A stretch of 64,000 nucleotides of DNA from the NCBI GenBank assembly GCA_021647905.1, contig JAKITW010000004.1:2123-66122 (forward strand), read 5' to 3'. Position numbers and translations under genes: made by a program. This DNA is from Desulfobacterales bacterium. Its GTDB lineage: Bacteria > Desulfobacterota > Desulfobulbia > Desulfobulbales > BM004. Positions within the stretch are counted from its first letter, which is position 1; every line of letters begins with the position of its first letter. Under the pieces are notes generated by a model that made no database searches, had not been told where the DNA came from, and saw only the letters and a list, made by a program, of their open reading frames with translations. Shown here piece after piece: positions 36,556-44,927 of the stretch.

Positions 36556-36602
36556 CCGGTCCTTGACAAAATCAAGACAACCATTGTAAGACGGGAGTCC
36601 CC

Positions 36603-37079
36603 ATGCCGAAAAAAACCTCGCTGCTCAATGTCACCCTGCTCAGGCGGCTCTTGATCGCGGTCGACGACCTGATCCATTTCGCGGTGGCAGTGACCCTGAT
36701 GATCTGCGCGGCCCTGATCCTGGTCCGGACCATTCCCAACCTCTTCCATCCCGATTCCAGCGCCATCCTCCACGTGTTGAACGACGTGCTGCTGGCCCTG
36801 ATCGTCATGGAGCTGATGTGGCCCATTGTCCGCTTCCTGAAGCGGGAGGCCTTCAGCCTTAACCCGTTTCTCTACATCGGTATTATTTCCAGCACCCGGC
36901 GCATCCTCCTGATCGAGGCCGAGCACTCGATGGCTGCCCGGATAACCAGCGGCGGCGCGGAATGGCAGGCCCTGTGGCCGGTGCTGGTGGAACTGGGCGT
37001 CAATGTCGGGATCATCCTGGTCCTGGCCATTGCCCTGCGTCTTTTGTCGGTCTGCCAGCCGGAGAGAAGCAAGGGCTGA
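36603..37079 (+). CDS. PsiE-like (phosphate-starvation-inducible E family) membrane protein
   Basis: 158 aa with 4 TM helices. The VMELMWPIV ... YIGIISSTRRILLIE pattern is recalled from PsiE-like proteins. Confidence 0.5.
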   Translation: MPKKTSLLNVTLLRRLLIAVDDLIHFAVAVTLMICAALILVRTIPNLFHPDSSAILHVLNDVLLALIVMELMWPIVRFLKREAFSLNPFLYIGIISSTRRILLIEAEHSMAARITSGGAEWQALWPVLVELGVNVGIILVLAIALRLLSVCQPERSKG

Positions 37080-37094
37080 AAAGGGATACTCAAC

Positions 37095-37748
37095 ATGAAA
37101 CGCGTACAGGTCGTTAAGAACATACTCGATGCCAACAGCAGGATCGCCATTGAAAACAACCAGCTGTTTGCCGACCGGAAACTGATCGTGCTCAACCTGA
37201 TGAGTTCACCGGGCGCTGGCAAGACCACCCTGCTGGAAGAGATGGGCAAGGCATTTGCCGGCCGACTGCGGATCGGGGTCATTGAGGGCGACATCCAGAC
37301 CAGTCTTGATGCCGAGCGGGTGGCGGCGGCCGGGCTGACCGCGGTGCAGATCGAGACCGACGGGGCCTGCCACCTGGATGCCAACATGGTCCGCAACGCC
37401 CTGGCCGAGCTGGACCTGGACGGACTCGACCTGCTGGTCATCGAGAACGTCGGCAACCTGGTCTGCCCGGCCGAGTTCAAGGTGGGCGAGAAGTGCAAGG
37501 TGATGATGCTGTCGGTCACCGAGGGCGACGACAAGCCGTTGAAATACCCCCTGATGTTCAAGGAGTCGGAAGTGCTGCTGATCAGCAAGATCGATCTCCT
37601 GCCCCATCTCCGCTGCGATATCGAACGGATGAAAGCAGCGGCCCGCTCGATCAACCCCGATCTCGTTATCATCGAGATCTCCGCCTATACCGGCCAGGGT
37701 CTCGATACCTGGCATGACTGGGTCCGGGCCCAGGTCCGGGGAGATTGA
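37095..37748 (+). CDS. hypB: Hydrogenase nickel-incorporation GTPase HypB (short form, no His-rich or CXXCGC N-terminus)
   Basis: LMSSPGAGKTTLL (P-loop), the GACHLDA Cys-His metal site, ENVGNLVCP and SKID. Confidence 0.92.
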   Translation: MKRVQVVKNILDANSRIAIENNQLFADRKLIVLNLMSSPGAGKTTLLEEMGKAFAGRLRIGVIEGDIQTSLDAERVAAAGLTAVQIETDGACHLDANMVRNALAELDLDGLDLLVIENVGNLVCPAEFKVGEKCKVMMLSVTEGDDKPLKYPLMFKESEVLLISKIDLLPHLRCDIERMKAAARSINPDLVIIEISAYTGQGLDTWHDWVRAQVRGD

Positions 37749-37756
37749 ACAGGGGA

Positions 37757-40060
37757 ATGGTCCGGGCTGAAATAATTGCCAGCGGCATTGTCCAGGGGGT
37801 CGGCTTCCGGCCCTTCATCTTTCGGCTGGCCCGGGGCCACGGCCTGACCGGTAGCGTGGCCAACACCCCGGCCGGGGTGGTGATCGTGGTCAACGGCCCG
37901 GAAAGGGAAGTGGATCGCTTCGAGGCGGCAATCAGGCCCGGTGCCCCGCCCCTGGCGGTAATAACCGAACTGACCACAATACGCCGCAAGATTGATCCGG
38001 AGCAGACTCATCCCGAGTTCCAGATCCGCGAGTCGATCCCGGCCGGGGAAAAAACCGGCCCGGTCACCCCGGACTCCGATGTCTGCCCGGCCTGCCTGGC
38101 CGAACTCCTCGACCCCGCTGACCGCAGATTCGGCTACCCCTTTATCAACTGCACCGACTGCGGCCCCCGCTATACCCTGATCAAACAGACCCCCTATGAC
38201 CGCCCCATGACCGCCATGGTCGACTTTCCCATGTGCGCTGCCTGCCGGGCCGAATACCGGGATCCCACTGATCGCCGGTTCCATGCCCAGGCCACCTGCT
38301 GTCCTGACTGCGGCCCCCATCTCCTGCTGGTAGACGCCAGCAACCAGCCCCTGGGCTCAGACGATCCCCTGACCGCGGCCGCCACCCGGCTCCGGGCCGG
38401 GCAGATCGTGGCGATCAAGGGGCTGGGCGGTTTCCACCTGGCCGTGGATGCCACCAATGAACAGGCAGTGACCCGGCTCCGGCGCCATAAGGGCAGACCG
38501 GCCAAGCCGTTGGCGGTCATGGCCCCGGATATCGATACGGCAGCCTCCTTTGCCGGGATCAGCGACCATGAACGGGCCTGGCTTGCCGGGCCGCAGAAGC
38601 CGGTGGTGCTGCTCCGCAAAAAAAACCCCTTCGAACTGGCGGCCAACCTGGCCCCGGACAACCGGTATATCGGGGTGATGCTGCCCTATACCCCGCTCCA
38701 TCATCTGCTCCTGGCCGGAGTGGAACGGCCCGCCCTGGTGATGACCAGCGGCAACCGCTCCGGCACGCCCATTGCCAAGGACAACGACGAGGCCCTTCTG
38801 CAGCTGGCCGGGATTGCCGACTGTTTTCTGCTCCACACCCGGCGGATCGTCACCCGGGTCGATGATTCAGTGCTGCGGCTCAATGACCGCGGCCAGGTCT
38901 CCCTGCTCAGAAGAGCCCGCTCCTTTGTGCCCACCGCCCTGGACCTGGCCGAAGACGCCGGCCGCACCCTGGCCCTGGGAGCGATGCTCAAGGACACGAT
39001 CTGCCTGACCCGCAACCGGCAGGCCTTTGTCTCCCAGCACATCGGCGACCTGGATAACCTCGACACCCTCCGGAATTTAAAGGAGCTGATCGGTCATTTT
39101 ACCGCCCTGCTCCGGATCGAGCCGGAGCTGATCGTTCACGACCTTCATCCCGACTACCCCTCCACCCGCTACGCCCGCGAACAGCACCTGCCCCTGGTGG
39201 CGGTCCAGCATCACCATGCCCATGCAGTGTCCTGCATGGCCGAGCACCGGCTGACCGGCCCGGTCATCGCCATAACGTTAGACGGCAGCGGTTACGGGCC
39301 GGACAACACCGTGTGGGGCGGCGAGGTGCTGGTGGCCGGATACGCTGACTATACCCGGGCCGCCCATCTCGCCCCGGTCCCCCTGCCCGGCGGCGAGGCA
39401 GCGATCCGCGAGCCCTGGCGCATGGCGGCCAGCCACCTGGCCCATGCCTTTGGCCCGGGGTTCCGGGAACTGGAGCTGCCGGTGCTCGACCATTACCGGG
39501 ACAAGCTCATCCCCCTTGTCCAGATGATGGAAAAGGGGATCAACTCGCCACTCACCTCCAGTTGCGGTCGTCTTTTCGATGCGGTTGCCGCCCTGCTGAA
39601 TCTACGCTACACTGTGTCCTTTGAAGGGGAGGCCGCGGCAATGCTGGAGATGGTGCTGCCTGGCCACGATCATGACCAGGGGGTCTACGACTTTGCGATC
39701 CGGGAAAAAGCAGGGGTGCCGGTGCAGTTGGACATTGCGCCGATCATCAAGGGGGTGGTCCAGGACCTCCGCGAACAGGTCCCGGCCCCGGTGATCAGCA
39801 GCCGGTTTCATAACACCCTGGCAGAACTCTTTGCCCGGACCGCCATGCTTCTCAGGGGACAGACCGGGATAAATCAGGTTGTGTTGTCCGGCGGGGTTTT
39901 TCAGAACATGACCCTGCAGACCGCGTTGAAGACACGCCTGGAACGCATTGGCTTTACCGTGTATGTCCATAACCAGGTGCCGGCCAACGACGGCGGCCTC
40001 GCCCTGGGCCAGGCCGTGGCCGGCCATGCGATCTTGCAGCGGCGCAATGGAAAGGGTTAA
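37757..40060 (+). CDS. hypF: [NiFe]-hydrogenase maturation carbamoyltransferase HypF
   Basis: An acylphosphatase domain (VQGVGFRPF), two zinc-finger CXXC pairs (CPACLAEL.., CTDCGPRY, CAACRAEY, CPDCGP), and YrdC-like and Kae1-like domains. An alternative TTG start at 37745 overlaps the hypB stop. Confidence 0.95.
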   Translation: MVRAEIIASGIVQGVGFRPFIFRLARGHGLTGSVANTPAGVVIVVNGPEREVDRFEAAIRPGAPPLAVITELTTIRRKIDPEQTHPEFQIRESIPAGEKTGPVTPDSDVCPACLAELLDPADRRFGYPFINCTDCGPRYTLIKQTPYDRPMTAMVDFPMCAACRAEYRDPTDRRFHAQATCCPDCGPHLLLVDASNQPLGSDDPLTAAATRLRAGQIVAIKGLGGFHLAVDATNEQAVTRLRRHKGRPAKPLAVMAPDIDTAASFAGISDHERAWLAGPQKPVVLLRKKNPFELAANLAPDNRYIGVMLPYTPLHHLLLAGVERPALVMTSGNRSGTPIAKDNDEALLQLAGIADCFLLHTRRIVTRVDDSVLRLNDRGQVSLLRRARSFVPTALDLAEDAGRTLALGAMLKDTICLTRNRQAFVSQHIGDLDNLDTLRNLKELIGHFTALLRIEPELIVHDLHPDYPSTRYAREQHLPLVAVQHHHAHAVSCMAEHRLTGPVIAITLDGSGYGPDNTVWGGEVLVAGYADYTRAAHLAPVPLPGGEAAIREPWRMAASHLAHAFGPGFRELELPVLDHYRDKLIPLVQMMEKGINSPLTSSCGRLFDAVAALLNLRYTVSFEGEAAAMLEMVLPGHDHDQGVYDFAIREKAGVPVQLDIAPIIKGVVQDLREQVPAPVISSRFHNTLAELFARTAMLLRGQTGINQVVLSGGVFQNMTLQTALKTRLERIGFTVYVHNQVPANDGGLALGQAVAGHAILQRRNGKG

Positions 40061-40063
40061 TAT

Positions 40064-41164
40064 ATGAAATGGCTTGATTCCTATCGAGACCCGGAGCTGG
40101 CCGGCAGAATGGTCGCGTCCCTCAAGAAGTTGTCGCCAATGCCGATCAAGCTGATGGAGGTCTGCGGCACCCATACGGTGTCCATCTGCAGACACGGGAT
40201 CCGCGACCTGCTGCCGGACACGATCACCCTTTCCTCGGGCCCGGGCTGTCCGGTCTGCGTGACCGCCACCGCTGAAATCGACAGCTTTATCAAGGCCTCG
40301 GCAATTCCCGGGGTGATCATCACCACCTTCGGCGATCTCCTCCGGGTGCCGGGCAGCCGTTCCTCGCTCCAGGAGGCCCGGGCCAACGGCAGTGATATCC
40401 GCACCGTCTATTCCACCCTGGACGCCCTGGAGATCGCCCGCAGCAACCCGGACCGCGAGGTGATCTTTCTCGGGGTGGGTTTTGAGACCACCACTCCGAC
40501 GATTGCCGCGGCGATCCTTACCGCGGCCGCGGAAAAGCTGAAAAATTTCTCGGTGATCTCGGCCCACAAGCTGATCCCGCCGGCCCTTGAGGCCCTGGCC
40601 AGCGACCCTGAGATCAAGATCGACGGCCTGATCTGTCCCGGCCATGTCTCGATCATGATCGGCGCCAACGCCTACCGTCCCCTGGTGGATAAATATAAAA
40701 TCCCCTGCGTGATCGCCGGGTTCGAGCCGGTGGATATTCTCGAGGCGGTGGCGCGGCTCGCCCGCCAGATCCTGGCCGGCAAGGCCAGGGTGGAAGTGGC
40801 CTATCAACGGGCGGTAAGCAACGAGGGCAACCGCCGGGCCATGGCCGTGATGGACAAAGTATTCGCACCCATTGACGGCGAGTGGCGCGGGCTGGCGGTC
40901 ATCCCCGGCACCGGCCTGGCAATCCGCCCGGAATTCGCAGCCCACGACGCCTGCCAACGCTTCGATCTGACCATCACTGATGCCAAAGACCCGGCCGGCT
41001 GCGCCTGCGGCGATGTACTCAAATCGATCACCCAGCCCGATGCGTGCCGGCTGTTCGGCACCGCCTGCACCCCGGAACATCCCATCGGCCCCTGCATGGT
41101 CTCGGGCGAGGGGGCCTGCGGCGCCTATTTCAAATATCAACGCTCAGAAAACGGCAGACGTTAG
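40064..41164 (+). CDS. hypD: [NiFe]-hydrogenase maturation protein HypD
   Basis: MEVCGTHT, GPGCPVCVT, FLGVGFETT, CPGHVS and a C-terminal CxxH..PxGPCMVSxEGxC motif. Confidence 0.95.
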   Translation: MKWLDSYRDPELAGRMVASLKKLSPMPIKLMEVCGTHTVSICRHGIRDLLPDTITLSSGPGCPVCVTATAEIDSFIKASAIPGVIITTFGDLLRVPGSRSSLQEARANGSDIRTVYSTLDALEIARSNPDREVIFLGVGFETTTPTIAAAILTAAAEKLKNFSVISAHKLIPPALEALASDPEIKIDGLICPGHVSIMIGANAYRPLVDKYKIPCVIAGFEPVDILEAVARLARQILAGKARVEVAYQRAVSNEGNRRAMAVMDKVFAPIDGEWRGLAVIPGTGLAIRPEFAAHDACQRFDLTITDAKDPAGCACGDVLKSITQPDACRLFGTACTPEHPIGPCMVSGEGACGAYFKYQRSENGRR

Positions 41165-41247
41165 ACGGAACATAGTAATTCCCGGATGTTCAAGAAAATG
41201 CGGCTGAAACCTTCAGTTTTTCACCCCTGGTCGTTCTACTTCAAAAG

Positions 41248-42435
41248 ATGAAAATCCACGAATACCAGGCCAAGGAGCTGTTCCGCAAGTACGGGATACC
41301 GGTGCCGGCCGGCGGCATGGCGACTACGGTTTCGGAGGCAGCGGCCCGGGCCCGGGAGCTGCCCGGGCTGCCGGCCATGGTCAAGGCCCAAGTCCATGCC
41401 GGCGGCCGCGGCAGGGGCGGCGGTATCAAGCGTGCCGCCACTCCTGCCGAGGTCGAGGCCCGGGCAAGCGAACTCCTGGCCATGACCCTGATTACCCCCC
41501 AGACCGGTCCGGCCGGCCGGATGGTCAGGAAAATCCTTATTGAACAGGCCCAGAACATTGCTCGGGAACTGTATCTGGCCATCCTGCCGGACCGGGCCAG
41601 CGCCCGGATCATGATCATGGCCGGTGCGGCCGGCGGCATGGCTATCGAGGAACTGGCCGCCACGGACCCGGACAAGATCGTCAGGGTGACGGTGGATCCG
41701 CGCAAGGGTCTGCAGCCAGCCGATTGCCGGGAAGTGGTCGGCGGCCTGGGCCTTAAGCCCGTGCTGATCACAGGGTTTACCGACCTGCTGGAGCGGCTTT
41801 ATCTGCTTTTCGTGGAATGCGACTGCACGCTGGTGGAAATAAATCCCCTGGCGGCAACCAGCGACGACCGGCTCGTTGCCCTGGACGCCAAGATGGAGAT
41901 CGACGACAACGCCCTGTTCCGGCAGCCGGCCCTGGCCGCGCTCCGCGACCCGGACCAGGAGGACCCGCTGGAGGCGGCAGCAGCAGCGGCGGCCAACCTC
42001 AACTATATCCGGCTGGACGGCAATGTGGGCATCATGGTCAACGGCGCCGGCCTGGCCATGGCCACCATGGACCTGATCAAGAACAATGGCGCCGAACCGG
42101 CCAACTTTCTCGATGTGGGCGGCGGTGCCAGGGCCGAGAAGGTGGAAAAAGGATTACAGATCATCCTGGCCGACCCCAAGGTCAAAGGGATATTGATAAA
42201 TATCTTCGGGGGAATCCTCCGCTGCGACGTGCTGGCCGCCGGGGTGGTAGAGGCGGCTCGCAAAAACGAGATCACGGTGCCGATGGTGGTGCGACTGGCG
42301 GGAACCAATGCCGCGGAAGGGAAAAAAATCCTGGCCGGGTCGGGCCTTGATCTGATCATTGCCACCGACTTAAGCGACGCCGCTGGCAAGATAACCCAAA
42401 TAGTAAATAACGGTTCAAACGCTCAAACGGTTTAA
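41248..42435 (+). CDS. sucC: Succinate-CoA ligase (ADP-forming) beta subunit
   Basis: [20 protein letters not shown] ... [15 protein letters not shown] ... [10 protein letters not shown]. It has an unusual repeat-encoded C-terminal tail, NNGSNAQTV. Confidence 0.95.
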   Translation: MKIHEYQAKELFRKYGIPVPAGGMATTVSEAAARARELPGLPAMVKAQVHAGGRGRGGGIKRAATPAEVEARASELLAMTLITPQTGPAGRMVRKILIEQAQNIARELYLAILPDRASARIMIMAGAAGGMAIEELAATDPDKIVRVTVDPRKGLQPADCREVVGGLGLKPVLITGFTDLLERLYLLFVECDCTLVEINPLAATSDDRLVALDAKMEIDDNALFRQPALAALRDPDQEDPLEAAAAAAANLNYIRLDGNVGIMVNGAGLAMATMDLIKNNGAEPANFLDVGGGARAEKVEKGLQIILADPKVKGILINIFGGILRCDVLAAGVVEAARKNEITVPMVVRLAGTNAAEGKKILAGSGLDLIIATDLSDAAGKITQIVNNGSNAQTV

Positions 42436-42458
42436 ACGTTCAAACGGTTCAGAAAAAA

Positions 42459-43337
42459 ATGGCCATCTTTGTTGACCGCAACACCAGGGTCCTGGTCCAG
42501 GGGATCACCGGCCGGGAGGGCAGTTTCCACACCCGGCAGTGTGTGGCCTACGGTACCCGGGTGAAGGCCGGGGTCACCCCGGGCAAGGGCGGCCGGGACC
42601 TGGACGGGATACCGGTGTTTGATACCGTGGCCGAGGCCCGGGCCGCCAGCCAGGCTGACTGCAGCCTGATCTTCGTGCCGCCCCCCTTTGCCGCCAATGC
42701 CATCCTCGAGGCGGCCTCAGCCGGCATCGAACTGATCGTGGCCATCACCGAGGGCATCCCGGTGCTGGACATGCTCAAGGTAAAAAATATCCTGGCCGAC
42801 AGCGCCACCCGGCTGATCGGCCCCAACTGTCCGGGAATCATCACCCCGGGACAATGCAAGGTGGGGATCATGCCGGGGGCCATCCACCAGCCCGGTCCCA
42901 TCGGGGTGGTCTCCCGCTCCGGCACCCTGACCTACGAGGTGGTCCACCAATTGAGCCGGCAGGGGCTGGGCCAGTCCACCTGTATCGGTATCGGCGGCGA
43001 CCCGGTGGTGGGCACCAGTTTCATCGACTGTCTGCGGGCCTTTGAGCAGGACCCGGCAACCCGGGGGATGGTCATGGTGGGGGAAATCGGCGGCAGCGCC
43101 GAGGAAGAGGCCTGCGCCCATATCAGCGAACATGTGCGCAAGCCAATGGTCGGCTTTGTCGCCGGGCTCACTGCCCCGCCGGGAAGAAGAATGGGCCATG
43201 CCGGGGCCATTGTCAGCGGTAACAGCGGTGGAGCCCGGGCCAAGCTTGCCGCCATGGAGGCGGCCGGAATCGGGGTCTGCCGGGACCTGGGCCGGCTGGG
43301 CGAATTCTGCGCCGATTATTTCAAGCACGTTATCTGA
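42459..43337 (+). CDS. sucD: Succinate-CoA ligase alpha subunit
   Basis: [11 protein letters not shown] ... SRSGTLTYE ... [10 protein letters not shown] (the phosphohistidine loop). Confidence 0.95.
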   Translation: MAIFVDRNTRVLVQGITGREGSFHTRQCVAYGTRVKAGVTPGKGGRDLDGIPVFDTVAEARAASQADCSLIFVPPPFAANAILEAASAGIELIVAITEGIPVLDMLKVKNILADSATRLIGPNCPGIITPGQCKVGIMPGAIHQPGPIGVVSRSGTLTYEVVHQLSRQGLGQSTCIGIGGDPVVGTSFIDCLRAFEQDPATRGMVMVGEIGGSAEEEACAHISEHVRKPMVGFVAGLTAPPGRRMGHAGAIVSGNSGGARAKLAAMEAAGIGVCRDLGRLGEFCADYFKHVI

Positions 43338-43396
43338 ACCGGCCGCCGGGCCCCGGGACCGGTTTGACCTGCAACCAAATGATGCTGCCCGGAGGG

Positions 43397-43422
43397 GATA
43401 GACACCGGGGCCGGTGTCTATC
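43397..43422. terminator. Hairpin between convergent sucD and the receiver-kinase gene (GATAGACACCGG-GG-CCGGTGTCTATC)
   Basis: A 12-nt perfect inverted repeat that overlaps the TAG stop at 43418-43420. Confidence 0.5.
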
Positions 43423-44473
43423 TGATCGGCAACCGGACCGTAAAGGTCGTTCCCTTTCCCTCCTCACTGCTTACGGAGATCATCCCGCCATGGGCCTGGA
43501 TGGTCTTGAGTGCAAAGGTCAGGCCCAGGCCCGGGCCATAGGTCTTGGAAGAGAAAAAAGGGTCATAGATGTTCTTGATGGTCTCCCGGGAAATACCCTT
43601 GCCGGTGTCCGCCACCCGCACCTCGAGGAATCCGTTATTCCGCTGGCTGGTGATCTCCAGCACCCGGGTCGGGCCTTCCATGGCCTCAATGGCGTTCTCG
43701 ATAAAAATAGCAAAGGCCTGTTGCAAGTTGTTCCGATCCGTTTGCAGCAGAGGCGGATCGGCCATCAGGTCGACCCGCAGGGTAACGCCCTTTTTTTTCA
43801 TTTCGGAACGATACTGATCAAGGGCCGCGCCTATCAGTTCGTTGATATCCGTTTCCTCGAAATAGGAGACCACCGTTCCCTTGAGTTCGACCAGGTGAGT
43901 GACCATCTTCTCCAGGGCCTCGACATTCTCCAGGATAATCTGAAGGTACTTGTGGTTCGGGTCTTCCCTGGCCAGGTTTTTCTGGATCCGCCGGGCAAGC
44001 CCGCCGATGATCATCAACGGGTTGCGCACCTCGTGGGAGACCTCGCCCACCAGGTAATCCAGGGCCTCGGTCTTTTCCGTTGCCGCCAGTTTTTCACTGG
44101 CCTCCTTTTTGGCCAGCAAGGCCCGCACCCTGGCGGCCAGTTCCTTGTACTCAAAGGGTTTGGTCACATAGTCGTCAGCCCCGATATCAAGACCGTCGAT
44201 CTTGTCCGGCAACTCGCTCTTGGCGCTCAGCATCAGCACCGGGATGTGCCGGTCCCGCTCGTCCGCCTTGAGCCGTTTGCAGACCTCGAGCCCGTTCAAC
44301 TTGGGCATCATCACATCAAGGATGACCAGGTCGGGCCGGACCGCCTTGACCTGGTCAAGCGCCTGCTGGCCGTCATAGGCGGCGACCGTTTCATAGCCCT
44401 CGGCCCGGAACCGCTTGGTCAACAGCTCCACCGTATCGACAAAATCGTCTACAATCAGGATCTTCTTTTTCAT
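43418..44473 (-). CDS. Receiver-domain-containing histidine kinase (REC-HisKA-HATPase)
   Basis: ILIVDD ... DLVILDVMMP ... K (REC), EVSHEVRNPL (H-box), and N/G-box motifs (DTGKGI, GPGLGL). Confidence 0.85.
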   Translation of the reverse strand: MKKKILIVDDFVDTVELLTKRFRAEGYETVAAYDGQQALDQVKAVRPDLVILDVMMPKLNGLEVCKRLKADERDRHIPVLMLSAKSELPDKIDGLDIGADDYVTKPFEYKELAARVRALLAKKEASEKLAATEKTEALDYLVGEVSHEVRNPLMIIGGLARRIQKNLAREDPNHKYLQIILENVEALEKMVTHLVELKGTVVSYFEETDINELIGAALDQYRSEMKKKGVTLRVDLMADPPLLQTDRNNLQQAFAIFIENAIEAMEGPTRVLEITSQRNNGFLEVRVADTGKGISRETIKNIYDPFFSSKTYGPGLGLTFALKTIQAHGGMISVSSEEGKGTTFTVRLPIR

Positions 44474-44494
44474 CGCCGGGTCATCATCATCAGG

Positions 44495-44881
44495 TCATTT
44501 CCGATCCGGTTCGCCGAGGAACTGCTCGATCTGGCCGGGCAGCTCCCTGATATTGATGGGCTTGGTGATATAGCCGTCACAGCCGGCGGCCAGCGCCTTT
44601 TCCCGGTCGCCCTTCATCGCATGGGCGGTGAGGGCAATCACCGGAATGGCCTTGAGTTCCTCGCTGCTCTTCAGCCGCCGGGTAACCTCATGGCCGTCCA
44701 TCCTGGGCAGGGAGATGTCCATCAGGATGAGGCCGGGCCGCACCTGCTCCACCAACCGCAGGGCCTCCTCGCCGTCAACCGCCTCCACCACTCCATAGCC
44801 GCGCGCCTTGAGTACCTTGGCCACCAGTTCGCGGCTGTCCCGATTATCTTCCACAACCAGCACTGTCTTTTTCGTTTCCAT
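44495..44881 (-). CDS. Single-domain CheY-like response regulator
   Basis: VLVVEDN ... LILMDISLP ... ALTAHAMKGD ... GCDGYITKP. ATG at 44881, with an alternative GTG at 44917. Confidence 0.85.
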   Translation of the reverse strand: METKKTVLVVEDNRDSRELVAKVLKARGYGVVEAVDGEEALRLVEQVRPGLILMDISLPRMDGHEVTRRLKSSEELKAIPVIALTAHAMKGDREKALAAGCDGYITKPINIRELPGQIEQFLGEPDRK

Positions 44882-44927
44882 TCGGATGGTCCCACTCTCT
44901 CCGGCCCGGACCGGCACCGGTTAAGGT

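Noticed and set aside
39602-41140. 512-aa ORF antisense to hypF/hypD. Similar ORFs occur at 43364-44959, 46584-48236, 49331-50572, 53378-55024, 58724-59842, 60743-61780 and 35365-36552.
   Set aside because: The reasoning is the same. Each is fully contained in, or mirrors, a confidently identified gene on the other strand.
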